A stretch of 64,000 nt of DNA from Octopus sinensis (Eukaryota): positions 39,308,001 through 39,372,000 of the forward strand of contig NC_043005.1 in the NCBI RefSeq assembly GCF_006345805.1. Direction: 5' to 3'. Shown here in pieces: positions 13,757-24,290 of this stretch. The notes below the pieces were generated by a model. It ran no database searches. It was not told the origin of the DNA and saw only the letters and a list, made by a program, of their open reading frames with translations. Numbering within the stretch: position 1 is the first letter of the stretch; each line of letters starts with the position of its first letter. Both the position numbers and the translations under genes were made by a program.

Positions 13757-14850
13757 TTCATCCCATAAGTAATGCGGTTTTTATACTTCTTTTAGTTTTA
13801 AAACTTAAAATAAATAAAGTTCATTTTTAATCTAAAATATAGTCTCCTTCATTTTCTACAATGCTCTTCCATCTATCTGGTAGACTTGGAAGGCCTCTCT
13901 TCCAAAATTCACTTTCCGTGACGAAAGATATGCTTCTAGTACTGTTCTGGCCTCGTCTACAGAATGCATATGTTTTCGGTCCAAATGAGTTTGAAGACTG
14001 CAGAATAAATGATAATCAGGTGGGGCTGTGTCCAGCGAATATGGTGCGTAGGGCATCGTTTCCCATTCAATCTGCTCCAGCCTTTAGAATGTCATCATCA
14101 CTGTATTTGGCCGAGCATTATCCCGATAGAATACCTTTCGTCTTGAAACCAAAGATTGTTGTTTTTCTTCTAGCGCTGACTTAAGCTGCTCAAGCTGCTC
14201 GTAGTAGATCTCCTTTGTTATCATTTGGTTTCGTTTCAAAAGTTCAAAGTAGACTAAACGTTTCATATCCTACCAAACAGTTAACACTCTACGTGGGTAA
14301 AGATCTTCTTTAATCAGGCGTGGCAGTGTTTCTCCTTCGGCGCTTCACATTTATATAGAAAACTAATTTCTCGTTACCAGTCCCAATTCGGTCTTAAAAA
14401 GTTCCGTCTCTCTCTGTGCACTATTAGACTCGGCAAGTTTGTAAGGAATGCATTGACCCAATTTGCTGACTTTTCCAATGGCACGCAGGTGTCGATGAAT
14501 GGTTGAATCACCAAATCCAAGCTTCTCTCCTAGTTCCTCAACAGTTACGATGTGATTTTGTTCCACTAGAGTTTGCAGGAGGTCCTTGTCGAGCTCTACA
14601 GATCCTCCAAGACAAGGCTCGTCTTCTAAGCTGTAGTTTCCGACTCGGGATTTCTGGAACCACCGTTGACACTGGCTTACGCTTATTGTCCGATCCCCAA
14701 ATAGTGCATTAATATTCTCCGCACTTTCCGTTGCATTGTTGCCTTTATTGAACTCATAAAGCAAAATATGCCGAATATGATCCTTTGTCCCTTCCATTAT
14801 AGCTTTGAAAAAGTAAGTGATAAAATGAAACTGCACTCTTCAAAACTTGC
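13751..14850 (-). mobile_element. Mariner (DD34D-type) transposon, near full length, pseudogenised transposase
   Basis: MEGTKDHIRHILLYEFNKG...QRWF (HTH; ATG at 14797), CIPYKL (WVPHEL), GTGNEK (VTGDEKW), RDNARPN (HDNARPH), APYSLDTAPPDYHLF (YSPDLAPSDY). One TIR-like end ttagttcatcccataagtaatgcggtttt at ~13753 abuts (TA)n; the other TIR is not found. Confidence 0.93.
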
Positions 14851-14959
14851 ACTGAGAATAAGGACAAAGTAAAATTACTCCTGATTTTATAACAAGTTGA
14901 TGCAGGTAGTTTATCCCGTCCCCCTCCGGCATTTATTTCATTCAATTGAAAAGACACGC

Positions 14960-15900
14960 ATTCTTTATGCGATGACCCAGTACATTTTTCAACTTTGCCA
15001 AGGCCTTCCACAAAGTTGATCATAGGAGGATATGTCACAAAATATGTCACCTTGATAACTGGATAACTGGGAGAGTGGCTGCATGACTTAGAATTCAGAC
15101 AGTTGCAGATAGTTGTACTCTCTCTTGGGAGACAACTATTCACAGCGGCATTGTTCAAGGAACTGTACTGTGACTACTAATGTTCGTGATGTCTCTCTCA
15201 GACATGTCCTTAGCTATACAGTCAGCCACTCTCACAAGCTAATGTGGTCAATTACCCTGTTGACCACCTAAAACTGCAGAACAGCCTGATGAACATAAAA
15301 TAAAGTTTAATGTTGCGAAGTTTCAAGCACGCCACTTTCAACATACAAACAGACAACAATCGGAATACACTGGACCAATGGGTAGTACCACCCCAGAGTT
15401 AGAGTCGGTGCCTGACCTGGGAATTCACAAGAGTAATGATGCAACATTCCATGCGCACATTACCAAGATGGCAAACATATGCAGGCGATTAGCTGGATGG
15501 ATTCTGAGGACAAAAGGCTGCCATGCTATCACTATGGAGAACTTTCGTTCTCAGTTGTCTGGGTTACTGCCCCCTACTCTGATCACTACAAACCATCAAT
15601 CTGGTGACGGAACTCGAGACAGTCTAGCCCCACTACATAAGGGAAATTAAAGTGGAGCAACAGAAGTGCTACTGGAAGAGCAGTGCTTCAAACTAACGTA
15701 ATAGAAATGAAAAATCACGTCTGCTCACGCAAAAGCAATTTTAAAATACGTTATGCCAACCACCAGTCTTTTTTCCGACACATCGACAAAGATAAAACCA
15801 CTAACTTGACATGCCGTATATGGGATCAGTAGACCACATAGAATCAAATGGAAAATCAGGAAGACATCTACACTCTACGTAAATTGACCAAAGAGATGCA
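14960..15900 (+). mobile_element. CR1/L2-type LINE reverse transcriptase remnant
   Basis: Plus frames: FNFAKAFHKVDH, LGEWLHD, SGIVQGTVL, KFNVAKFQ, PDLGI, CRRLAGWILRT, HYIREIK...CYWK. The YADD region appears deleted or decayed. Confidence 0.8.
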
Positions 15901-16769
15901 AATTATGCATAGTTGAAAAACCACACATTCCTTTTAGATCTAACACGTCCACCACACTACTTAATTCCAGATACGAAATATTTAGCACATGCAAGCGAAG
16001 GGACAAATTTACAAATTTTTTTTGTCGAACTGGAAGACACCACCCTCTCCGGATCGAGCAGCTCTGTCGGAGACATACTTTTCCTCCCTATTGAATTATT
16101 CTCCACCAACTAGATTAATTAGGATTTCTACGGACAAAAGGAATGTAAATCCTGGGTAACACTCTCTCACACAAACGCGCTACATGTATATGTATGCATA
16201 TCTTCATTTGTGTGTGTATATGTCAGGCTTCCTCACAGTTTGCGTCTAAACAAATTTTACTCAAAGCTATATAGCAGAATTGAACATGGGACCACGTGGT
16301 TTACGAATTAAACTTCTGAATCATGCGGTTGTTTTTGACAAAACATCTCAGAAATTCTTGATATTAAATATCAAGAAAAATAATCAATTTTGATGCAATT
16401 CAATCAATTATTGTATTCAAATTTATTGTCTTCGACATTTTTCTTTAATTGTATAGATTTCATTTAATTGTCTGACACATTTAATATTAGTTTAGGTCGA
16501 TAGACTACCAAAACAGAGAAGACAATTTCATAATCTTAGAGAAAACATTCAACAAATTTGACTGAGAGAAAAAATAAAAGTAACAGCGCACGTATTATCT
16601 GTTTGACATATCGCCATTCTAGGCAACTTAGTACAACTTTTGTATAAAGAGAACATCATACATTGGTGATATATATTTAGTGTAGCAATGCGATGCATTG
16701 AAGAGAAGAGAAATCACGCACTAACAAAGAAGCGCCTAAACACATCGTACAGCCATCAGCGTCTTGTTC

Positions 16770-17290
16770 GTTATCTTTTATCTTTTACTTGTTACAGCCA
16801 TAGGGATTTGGTCATGCTGGAGCACTGCCTTTATAGTCGAAGAAATCAACCCCGGTACTAATGTTTCTATTCTAGTACTTATTGTATCATCCTCTATTGC
16901 TAGATCGCTTTTAGTCGAATGAAGTGCTTTTAGTCGAATGAATCGACCCCAGTACTTTTTTAAAGCCTGTTAACGGTTCAGCAGAAGTTTCTGATAGAAT
17001 AACTAACAGGCTTTAAAAAAGTACTGGGGTCGATTCATTCGACTAAAAGCACTTCATTCGACTAAAAGCGATCTAGCAATAGAGGATGATACAATAAGTA
17101 CTAGAATAGAAACATTAGTACCGGGGTTGATTTCTTCGACTATAAAGGCAGTTACGGGGACGTAAACAAGTGTACGTATGTATACAACGGGTTCCCTTCA
17201 GTTTCCGGTTGCCGTCTACATAATTCATTCACAAGGCTTTGATAGACCCGAATCTATAGTAGAAGACACTTGTCCAAGGTGCCGCGCTGT
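16770..17290 (-). mobile_element. SINE family A copy interrupted by an inverted duplication
   Basis: 3' domain at 16770-16910 resumes at 17153 (ttacggggacgtaaac) and continues to the head fragment ccaaggtgccgcgc at ~17285. Confidence 0.8.
16824..17152. repeat. Perfect inverted repeat, 149 bp arms (16824-16972 / 17004-17152), 31 bp spacer
   Basis: Base-by-base comparison found no mismatch. Confidence 0.95.
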
Positions 17291-17884
17291 GTACACTGTG
17301 TACAAGGGTTAAGTAAGAGTCTGAATACAAGCATGAGCATTTAGGGCAGACATATAGAAACTCCTTGGGCAGAGAAAGGGTTAATTGTTGCTGAAACTAT
17401 GGCATTTATCAAGAAATAGAAGATTCTTTCTTTGTTAGAAGGTGTTAAGTGTTTCTTTCGTTTAGCAGTAACCATCAAACATTACACTGACATTGCACAA
17501 TTTGATTATACAAAACAAGAAATAATAGCAAACCTTAATGAAAAACAAGATCGCACGCCATTTTAATAATTGAAAATTAAATGGAAGAAATAACAATACA
17601 TCTTTTGAAATTTATAAAATGAAGTCACGTGACTCTAGTAATTAAATTACCATAAGAATCTACGATTTCTATGCGTTAAATCTTTGGAACAAAAAAACGG
17701 GAATTAACCAAAATTTCCAGGTTTTTGTTGTTGCTTTTTTTTTCTTTCTCGTTGCTGAAATTTCCTTGATAATTGGTTAGCTACTCTTCATCGCGATAAT
17801 AATTGCGAACATATCGGAAGAAGATATATATCTACATATATAGATCGATACATAGATAAAGTGGTAGAAACATAGAGGTATAGA

Positions 17885-18043
17885 TATGCATATATACATA
17901 CATACATGCATGCATACATACATACATACCTATATACATACATACACATACATACATGCATGCATACATACATACATACCTATATACATACATACACATA
18001 CATACATACACATACATACATACATACAAACACATACATACAC

Positions 18044-18107
<64 letters not shown>
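17885..18107. repeat. (ATAC)n/(TA)n compound microsatellite
   Basis: Direct reading. Confidence 0.95.
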
Positions 18108-18110
<3 letters not shown>

Positions 18111-18345
18111 AGTAAGATGGCCTATTGATCATAGTTGATTCCCAATAAGCATGGCTTGGAGTGATGTGATTCTAACTCCAGCAAGAACTTCAGTGTCATG
18201 AAGGAGTGAAAACCAGCTTATACTGAGTATGTAGAGGAGGTCTTTCCGGTGACATCTTTCGAACATTTTTATATGATATACATACATTGTCAAAGAATGA
18301 TGCTCAACAGAACGAACCAATGCCACATATACTCAGACACACAGA
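18108..18345 (-). mobile_element. RTE-clade LINE C-terminal fragment
   Basis: YHIKMFERCHRKDLLYILSISWFSLLHDTEVLAGVRITSLQAMLIGNQL*SIGHL matches the RTE pattern LERFHQRCLRSILGISWQD..DTEVL....SIEAML...QLRW.GHL. Confidence 0.75.
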
Positions 18346-18929
18346 AACAGAATAAAGACCCAGTGATTTCGATAATTTTCTTTTTAAAGAGTAATAACTT
18401 GAGAACGTATAAAAACCATTAGGACCGCACTAGTTCACCCAATGAGGAGGATCACTGCATAGAATTTCATAAGCACAATTTTACTAGAAGAAGAGATGCT
18501 TATCAAGGGAAAGAATGTTTAGAAATGCATGTGAGTTGTGCTGTATATATCTTACACCATTCTCTTTGTTTAGTTGTGCTCGCAAACCTCTATATATATA
18601 CACACACATTACCTAGTTTCTTTATCTGCTCTTTTCTACTTCCATACGTACTCTAGATATATCGCTCTTATAGCCGACTTCCTATACTGGAGTATAACCT
18701 ACTCACCCTTTTAACAAATGCCAGTTCTTTCAATCATGAACCTAATTTTGGAATGCAGTGGGCGTCAGTACTTAACCCCCAATGATTACTCCCCTCTCAA
18801 AGGAGACAGTACACGCCATCTCAGCTATGGCTGTACTGGCAACTAATTTTACTTATCTGAACCTTTTATACCATGAGTGAGCTTGCTTTCACTAGCTTCA
18901 ATCTGGACTTAATTTTCTACCAGCATACT

Positions 18930-19165
18930 TATAGTGAACGCAATTAGACCAACCCATTTAGTAACAACCCCGTTCCCAGTAGAACATTACTTAATTTTAA
19001 CAACTTGATGTTAACTGTACCTCTCTCTAGTTTGTATAGGTCTGTATTTGGCACTGCAGTAGACGCTTTTCCAAGAGCTGTTATTACCCTAAGGCATATT
19101 GTGCGTGAATGGAAGTGAAATTTTGTGGTAAACCCCATATGGCTGTACCCACGCAAGGGTTAATA
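18930..19165 (-). mobile_element. LINE reverse transcriptase remnant (clade unassigned)
   Basis: SHMGF...LGKASTAVPNTDLYKLER...KLLKLSNVL resembles Q.GF...DxSKAFDTVPH.LL.KLE...KLL.W.SNFL. Confidence 0.5.
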
Positions 19166-20797
19166 TAAGGACAAGTTTAGTAATATGAAGAATCTAAAAT
19201 TAAATATAATAATATAAATTAAGTAATATTTAGTAAACTGTAGTAGAACCCTGAATTTGTAACCATGTTAGTAATTAGAAAGTGATTTAACTTGTAATGG
19301 TTTAACTGTTTGGGGGTTTTGTACTTTTGTCTTCTTGTATGTCAAATAGGCTGAATGCACTCAGAAAAGTGTAGACATTTACATAGTAGTCTAGTATAGC
19401 CACCACTTGGAAATATGCTGGCTATTTAAGATGTTAGATTTAGCATCATATTTCGAAGGTAAATCCACTACGAACCACCTCTAACAGTAGTCTCCCCTTA
19501 ACTGTCAGAACGTTATAGTCGTATGGTTGCTAGTATTTACTTATTTATTTTTTGATTTTTTAATTTTATTTTATGCTGAGATGGTGTAGAAGGGTATAAG
19601 CGGCCTCGTGCTACTTATGACATAGTCTTCTCCCCACACCTTTTATTTACTGATTTATTTACTTCTTTATTTACGTTTACCCCTGTAACGTTTGCCCTTT
19701 TGAATATAACTGACCAATTGTAAAGATGGCTGGACTTTGGTCAGCTCCATTACGGACAACAGGTGGTTGGCTTCTAGAATATTTCGGTAAGTGCACTATT
19801 ATAAAAACCTTACGAGTATGTTTTGATTAGATATTAATTAGCTCTATTTAAGAAATCACAAGTACTATCATTTTTCTAGACTTATTGGCGATTCCTGTTT
19901 CCTTTTAGCCCTTATTTTTTCTAGTGCTATTTAACTATTACTTATACACCCTGGTCCTCCTATAAAAAGAGACAACCCATCAATTATTTTTCTAAATTAT
20001 TTTCTTTGTTTACTCTTTTGCCCATCGATCTCAAGCTTCACTCTGCAAAATGGTATGATTCTAATTTATTGAGCCTTATTGCCTTCTTGCGTGGGAGTAT
20101 GTGGTGCGGGTGTGTATGAATATTAGTGAATGCTAGACAGACTGAATTTGCATTTCCTGACACAACAAATAGGTACAGATCTTAAACTTCAGTATAACCA
20201 TGAACACTACGATTTCATATTATCTTTCACCTGAAATAAATTCTCTCTATATGTATTCCTTCTTCCTATGTAAGAAAGTATTAACAAAGAAAATATAATT
20301 TCTGTGTTAGAAGAGCAAATAAACAGAATAACTGCAATTTGCAACACAGGAAATTAATACGCGCTAGATAAAATCTAATTAATGCACATAGGGCGACAAA
20401 AAATACATGTCGTATGAATGCACTGACTTTTGTTGTCTAGAGAAAAGATATAATTACAACTATGGTGATAGAATGAAACAGCAAATGTTCCTTGCGACTC
20501 TTTGGAGAGCCTGCGACTGCTTTTGCTGCTTTGTTCGTTTATTTTCTTAATTCTATTAATAAATTACCATTCAAAGAATACGAAATCAGCGAAACCTTCC
20601 GGAGTAATTGTTGAAAATATTATTATCATCATTATTATCATTAACTTTATTATTATCATCATTATTGCTACATCTCTCTTCTTTCTCTCTCTCTTTCTTT
20701 CTCTCTCTCTCTTTCTTTCTCTCTCTAACTTTCTACTTCTCTCTTTCTCACTCTAGTTCTCTGTCATTCTTTCTGGCTTTACATGTACACGCACATA

Positions 20798-20852
<55 letters not shown>

Positions 20853-21013
20853 AAATCAAATTGCGATAGAATAAAAAAATAATTATAATCGCTGGTATTA
20901 CTAACACAAGCCATATATTTTTCATATATCAGTACATTAAGGCGAAATATGTGCTAGGAATACAGAAGCTTGATAAATTAAGTGAAATGAAGATAAAAAC
21001 ATTTACTAAACCG

Positions 21014-21103
21014 GAAAATTCTCAGACTGCAGTTTCTTTCTAATTCAGCAAACAAGATAATTTATTTGCCCAGGGAGAATTCATCAGTGAGACCCTGTTT
21101 TTC
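21014..21103 (-). ncRNA. Minimal type I hammerhead ribozyme motif, copy 1 (predicted cleavage between 21025 and 21024)
   Basis: Minus strand: GAAAA-acaggg-TCTCA CTGATGA [stem II] GAAA C TGCA G TC/TGAGA-a-TTTTC. Core boxes intact, stem I 5+5 bp with bulge, palindromic TGCA loop III; the stem II closing pair is A-A rather than R-Y. Confidence 0.7.
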
Positions 21104-21411
21104 TGGGATCCTAACTCACTAGAAGCATGTGCGTCTAGTGAGTTACTCTTCCTAACTAATCATATCACTGCGCAGACTCCGAACGTCCCGACAACACTAG
21201 GGAATTCTGGTATATCGCCTGGCGCTCATAATTTATCGAGAAATATGTAAACAAATCAAATTGCGATAGAATAAAAAATAATTATAATCGCTGGTATTAC
21301 TAACACAAGCCATATATTTTTCATATATCATACATTAAGGCGAAATATGTGCTAGGAATACAGAAGCTTGATAAATTAAGTGAAATGAAGATAAAAACAT
21401 TTACTAAACCG

Positions 21412-21501
21412 GAAAATTCTCAGACTGCAGTTTCTTTCTAATTCAGCAAACAAGATAATTTATTTGCCCAGGGAGAATTCATCAGTGAGACCCTGTTTTT
21501 C
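21412..21501 (-). ncRNA. Minimal type I hammerhead ribozyme motif, copy 2 (predicted cleavage between 21423 and 21422)
   Basis: Identical to copy 1 at an offset of 398 bp. Confidence 0.7.
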
Positions 21502-22048
21502 TGGGATCCTAACTCACTAGAAGCATGTGCGTCTAGTGAGTTACTCTTCCTAACTAATCATATCACTGCGCAGACTCCGAACGTCCCGACAACACTAGGG
21601 AATTCTGGTATATCGCCTGGCGCTCATAATTTATCGAGAAATATGTAAACAAATCAAATTGCGATAGAATAAAAAAATAATTATAATCGCTGGTATTACT
21701 ACACAAGCCATATATTTTTCATATATCAGTACATTAAGGCGAAATATGTGCTAGGAATACAGAAGCTTGATAAATTAAGTGAAATGAAGATAAAAACATT
21801 TACTAAACCGGAAAATTCTCAGACTGCAGTCTGTATATATATATATATATATATAAATAAATATATATATATCTGAATATTTATATACATACACATATAT
21901 ATATATATACTTATACACACACATATATATAAATATATGTATATATACATATCCATATATATATATAAATATTGTGTATATGTATGTGTGTGTATGTATG
22001 TATATACACACACGCAGACTCGTGTATGAGTGTGTATGTATATATATA

Positions 22049-22088
<40 letters not shown>

Positions 22089-22384
22089 ATAAATTCTTCC
22101 ATATTTTTCTTTCCACGCTTCTCTTTTGCGCGCTTTGATAACACGATACTTGTACATGACGGAACATATTCCAGGAATATCACATCAAGAATTTCTGAAT
22201 CAAACTGTGGGATGTAAATCAAACCGGATACTGCCAAATATTACATTTCGTACAGTATTAATTATATATATATACACTCATCACAATATCTAATAGGCTT
22301 CTTGCGCTGCAGCACTGCATGTGAGGCACATAACACTGTATATACATATAAATGTGTGTATGTGTGCATGTATGTAAAGACTAA

Positions 22385-22387
<3 letters not shown>

Positions 22388-22450
<63 letters not shown>
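22388..22450. repeat. (TA)n microsatellite
   Basis: Direct reading. Confidence 0.95.
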
Positions 22451-22455
<5 letters not shown>

Positions 22456-22804
22456 TGAAATAGAAAGATGAATAATCTTGTTGCAGATTAATCAAAAGTT
22501 TAACCGATACCTTGGTAGCAAAAATCACAGCAGAAGACAGCACGGTTGGAGGTACAACCATATGGTGTTGCAACCATGCGTTGGTGCGGATAATTGAATT
22601 TTAATATTATTAGTGAATTGAAGAAATGGAGTTGAACGAAGATTGAACAGAAATCGTTTTATTGCATTCTACACGTGTTTCGAAACCCACAATTTACCAA
22701 ATTCCGATTGAATAAGGAGACCATAGGCTCTTAGGAGCCTCGTTCGATTTGTTTTGCTCCGCCTCTGTTTTGTTTTTCCAACGGATTTCCTATTTCTTCC
22801 TGAA

Positions 22805-22826
22805 GATATATATATATATATATATT

Positions 22827-22897
<71 letters not shown>

Positions 22898-22991
22898 TGT
22901 ATTTCTGCATGTACGTAAGTGCCTATGAACGCGAATATATAGAGTGAAAGATAGATAGAGATAGAGATACAGAGATGCAGATATACAGTAT

Positions 22992-23067
<76 letters not shown>

Positions 23068-23106
23068 AGATAGATAGATATTTTGATAGCTAGCTAGCTA
23101 GCTAGC

Positions 23107-23148
<42 letters not shown>

Positions 23149-23150
23149 TA
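22805..23150. repeat. Compound (TA)n/(CA)n/(GCTA)n/(GATA)n/(GA)n microsatellite block
   Basis: Direct reading. Confidence 0.93.
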
Positions 23151-23367
23151 TGCCTCTATTTTTATTATCTAGTTAGTTGTTATTTAGTCGTCGTTAAAGC
23201 AAAATGCGCGTCGTAAAAAATTTTCCTAATAAAATTATCAAGTGTATGCATATACGCATGTGCTTGCTTTTGTGTATGTGTGTGCGCGTGTTTAATTATA
23301 CTTTACACTTATTTTCACATATATGTACAATACATAACAAAAAATATCTTGAATAAATTTTCAAATA

Positions 23368-23717
23368 GCACCAGCGTATCTGTGTGGTGAGAAGCTTGCT
23401 TCCCAAATATATGGTTTGGTATTCAGTCCCTCTACGTGGCATTTTGGATAGTGTCTTCTACTCCAGCCTCAGCCCGAACAATGCCTTGTTAGTGGATTTC
23501 GTAAACGGAAATTGAGAGAGCCTGCATTTGTGTTTCCCTACCCCATTCCTGCTTGACAACTGGAGTTTGTGTGTTTACATTCCCGTAACTTAGCGGTTCC
23601 GGAAAGGGGGGATGAAAAAATAAGTACTAGGCTTAAAAAGAAGTCCGGAGTGTCTATATGTTCGACTAAAAACCCAGCATGGCCGAAGTCAAATGACTGA
23701 AACAAATAAAAGATAAA
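23368..23717 (+). mobile_element. SINE family A, full length
   Basis: tRNA-like A/B-box head (ctgtgtggtgagaagc...ttcagtccc), body, and 3' end ...cagcatggccgaagtcaaatgactgaaacaaataaaagataaa. Confidence 0.85.
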
Positions 23718-24089
23718 TGATAGCAATAATGACGACTATATATATTGATACAAACAGGCCATGTGGTCGAAACGGTTTCAGACTAGAGAAAAGCTGAATG
23801 AAGTACTCTGGTGTGAATGTGGTCAGACAGTCTAATGTAAAAGTCATCAACTGTGCAAATGAATCGCGTGATTCTTAAAATTAGATTTTCATAAATATAT
23901 TTCGTGTACCTTACAGTATTTAGTCGTCTGATATTTTTCAGGAAAAACTATCTACGTGTTTAATATTTATCGTCACTTCAACATGGCCGCTCCTCAGGAA
24001 ACAACGTTACTATTGTTTTTAACCCCAGGAGGGCGCCTCCTCCAGCTGGTTATCGATGCAATTTCACCTGATATATATTACAAACAAAC

Positions 24090-24290
24090 AAACGAACCCC
24101 CACCATCTTCGAGTTATTTGTGCTCATCTCCAGTGGTGGACACCCATCCGCTAGAGCAAGAGTTTCTACAGAGCTACTTTGCTTATTTAAGTTATTCACA
24201 TATTGATAATACTTTGCATTTCCTGTTCGAGGCTATTGATGGTGACTTCAATACCTGAACATCTCACTTCGGTAGGATTCGTAGTTGTAG
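24090..24290 (+). mobile_element. Possible LINE AP-endonuclease remnant
   Basis: YLCSSPVVD...FAYLSY...IDNTLHFL...AIDGDFNT resembles the YRSP...F.YL...GDFN APE motifs. Confidence 0.45.

Larger units (their letters stand above)
20848..21833 (-). repeat. Tandem array, ~398-400 bp unit x2.45, inserted in (TA)n; hammerhead-bearing (retrozyme or PLE pseudo-LTR-like)
   Basis: Units start at 20848, 21248 and 21646 (taaacaaatcaaattgcg). They differ only by single-base indels. Confidence 0.95.

Noticed and set aside
20848-21833. CRISPR-like or coding interpretation of the 399 bp array
   Set aside because: Whole units are repeated with no unique spacers, there is no ORF in the unit, and the context is eukaryotic.
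23368-23450. tRNA genes at SINE heads
   Set aside because: Only A/B-box-like remnants continuing into SINE bodies; no cloverleaf.
23956-24258. 100 aa ORF after a good acceptor as a host-gene exon
   Set aside because: It ends in a GDFN-like AP-endonuclease motif and appears to be composite repeat sequence.
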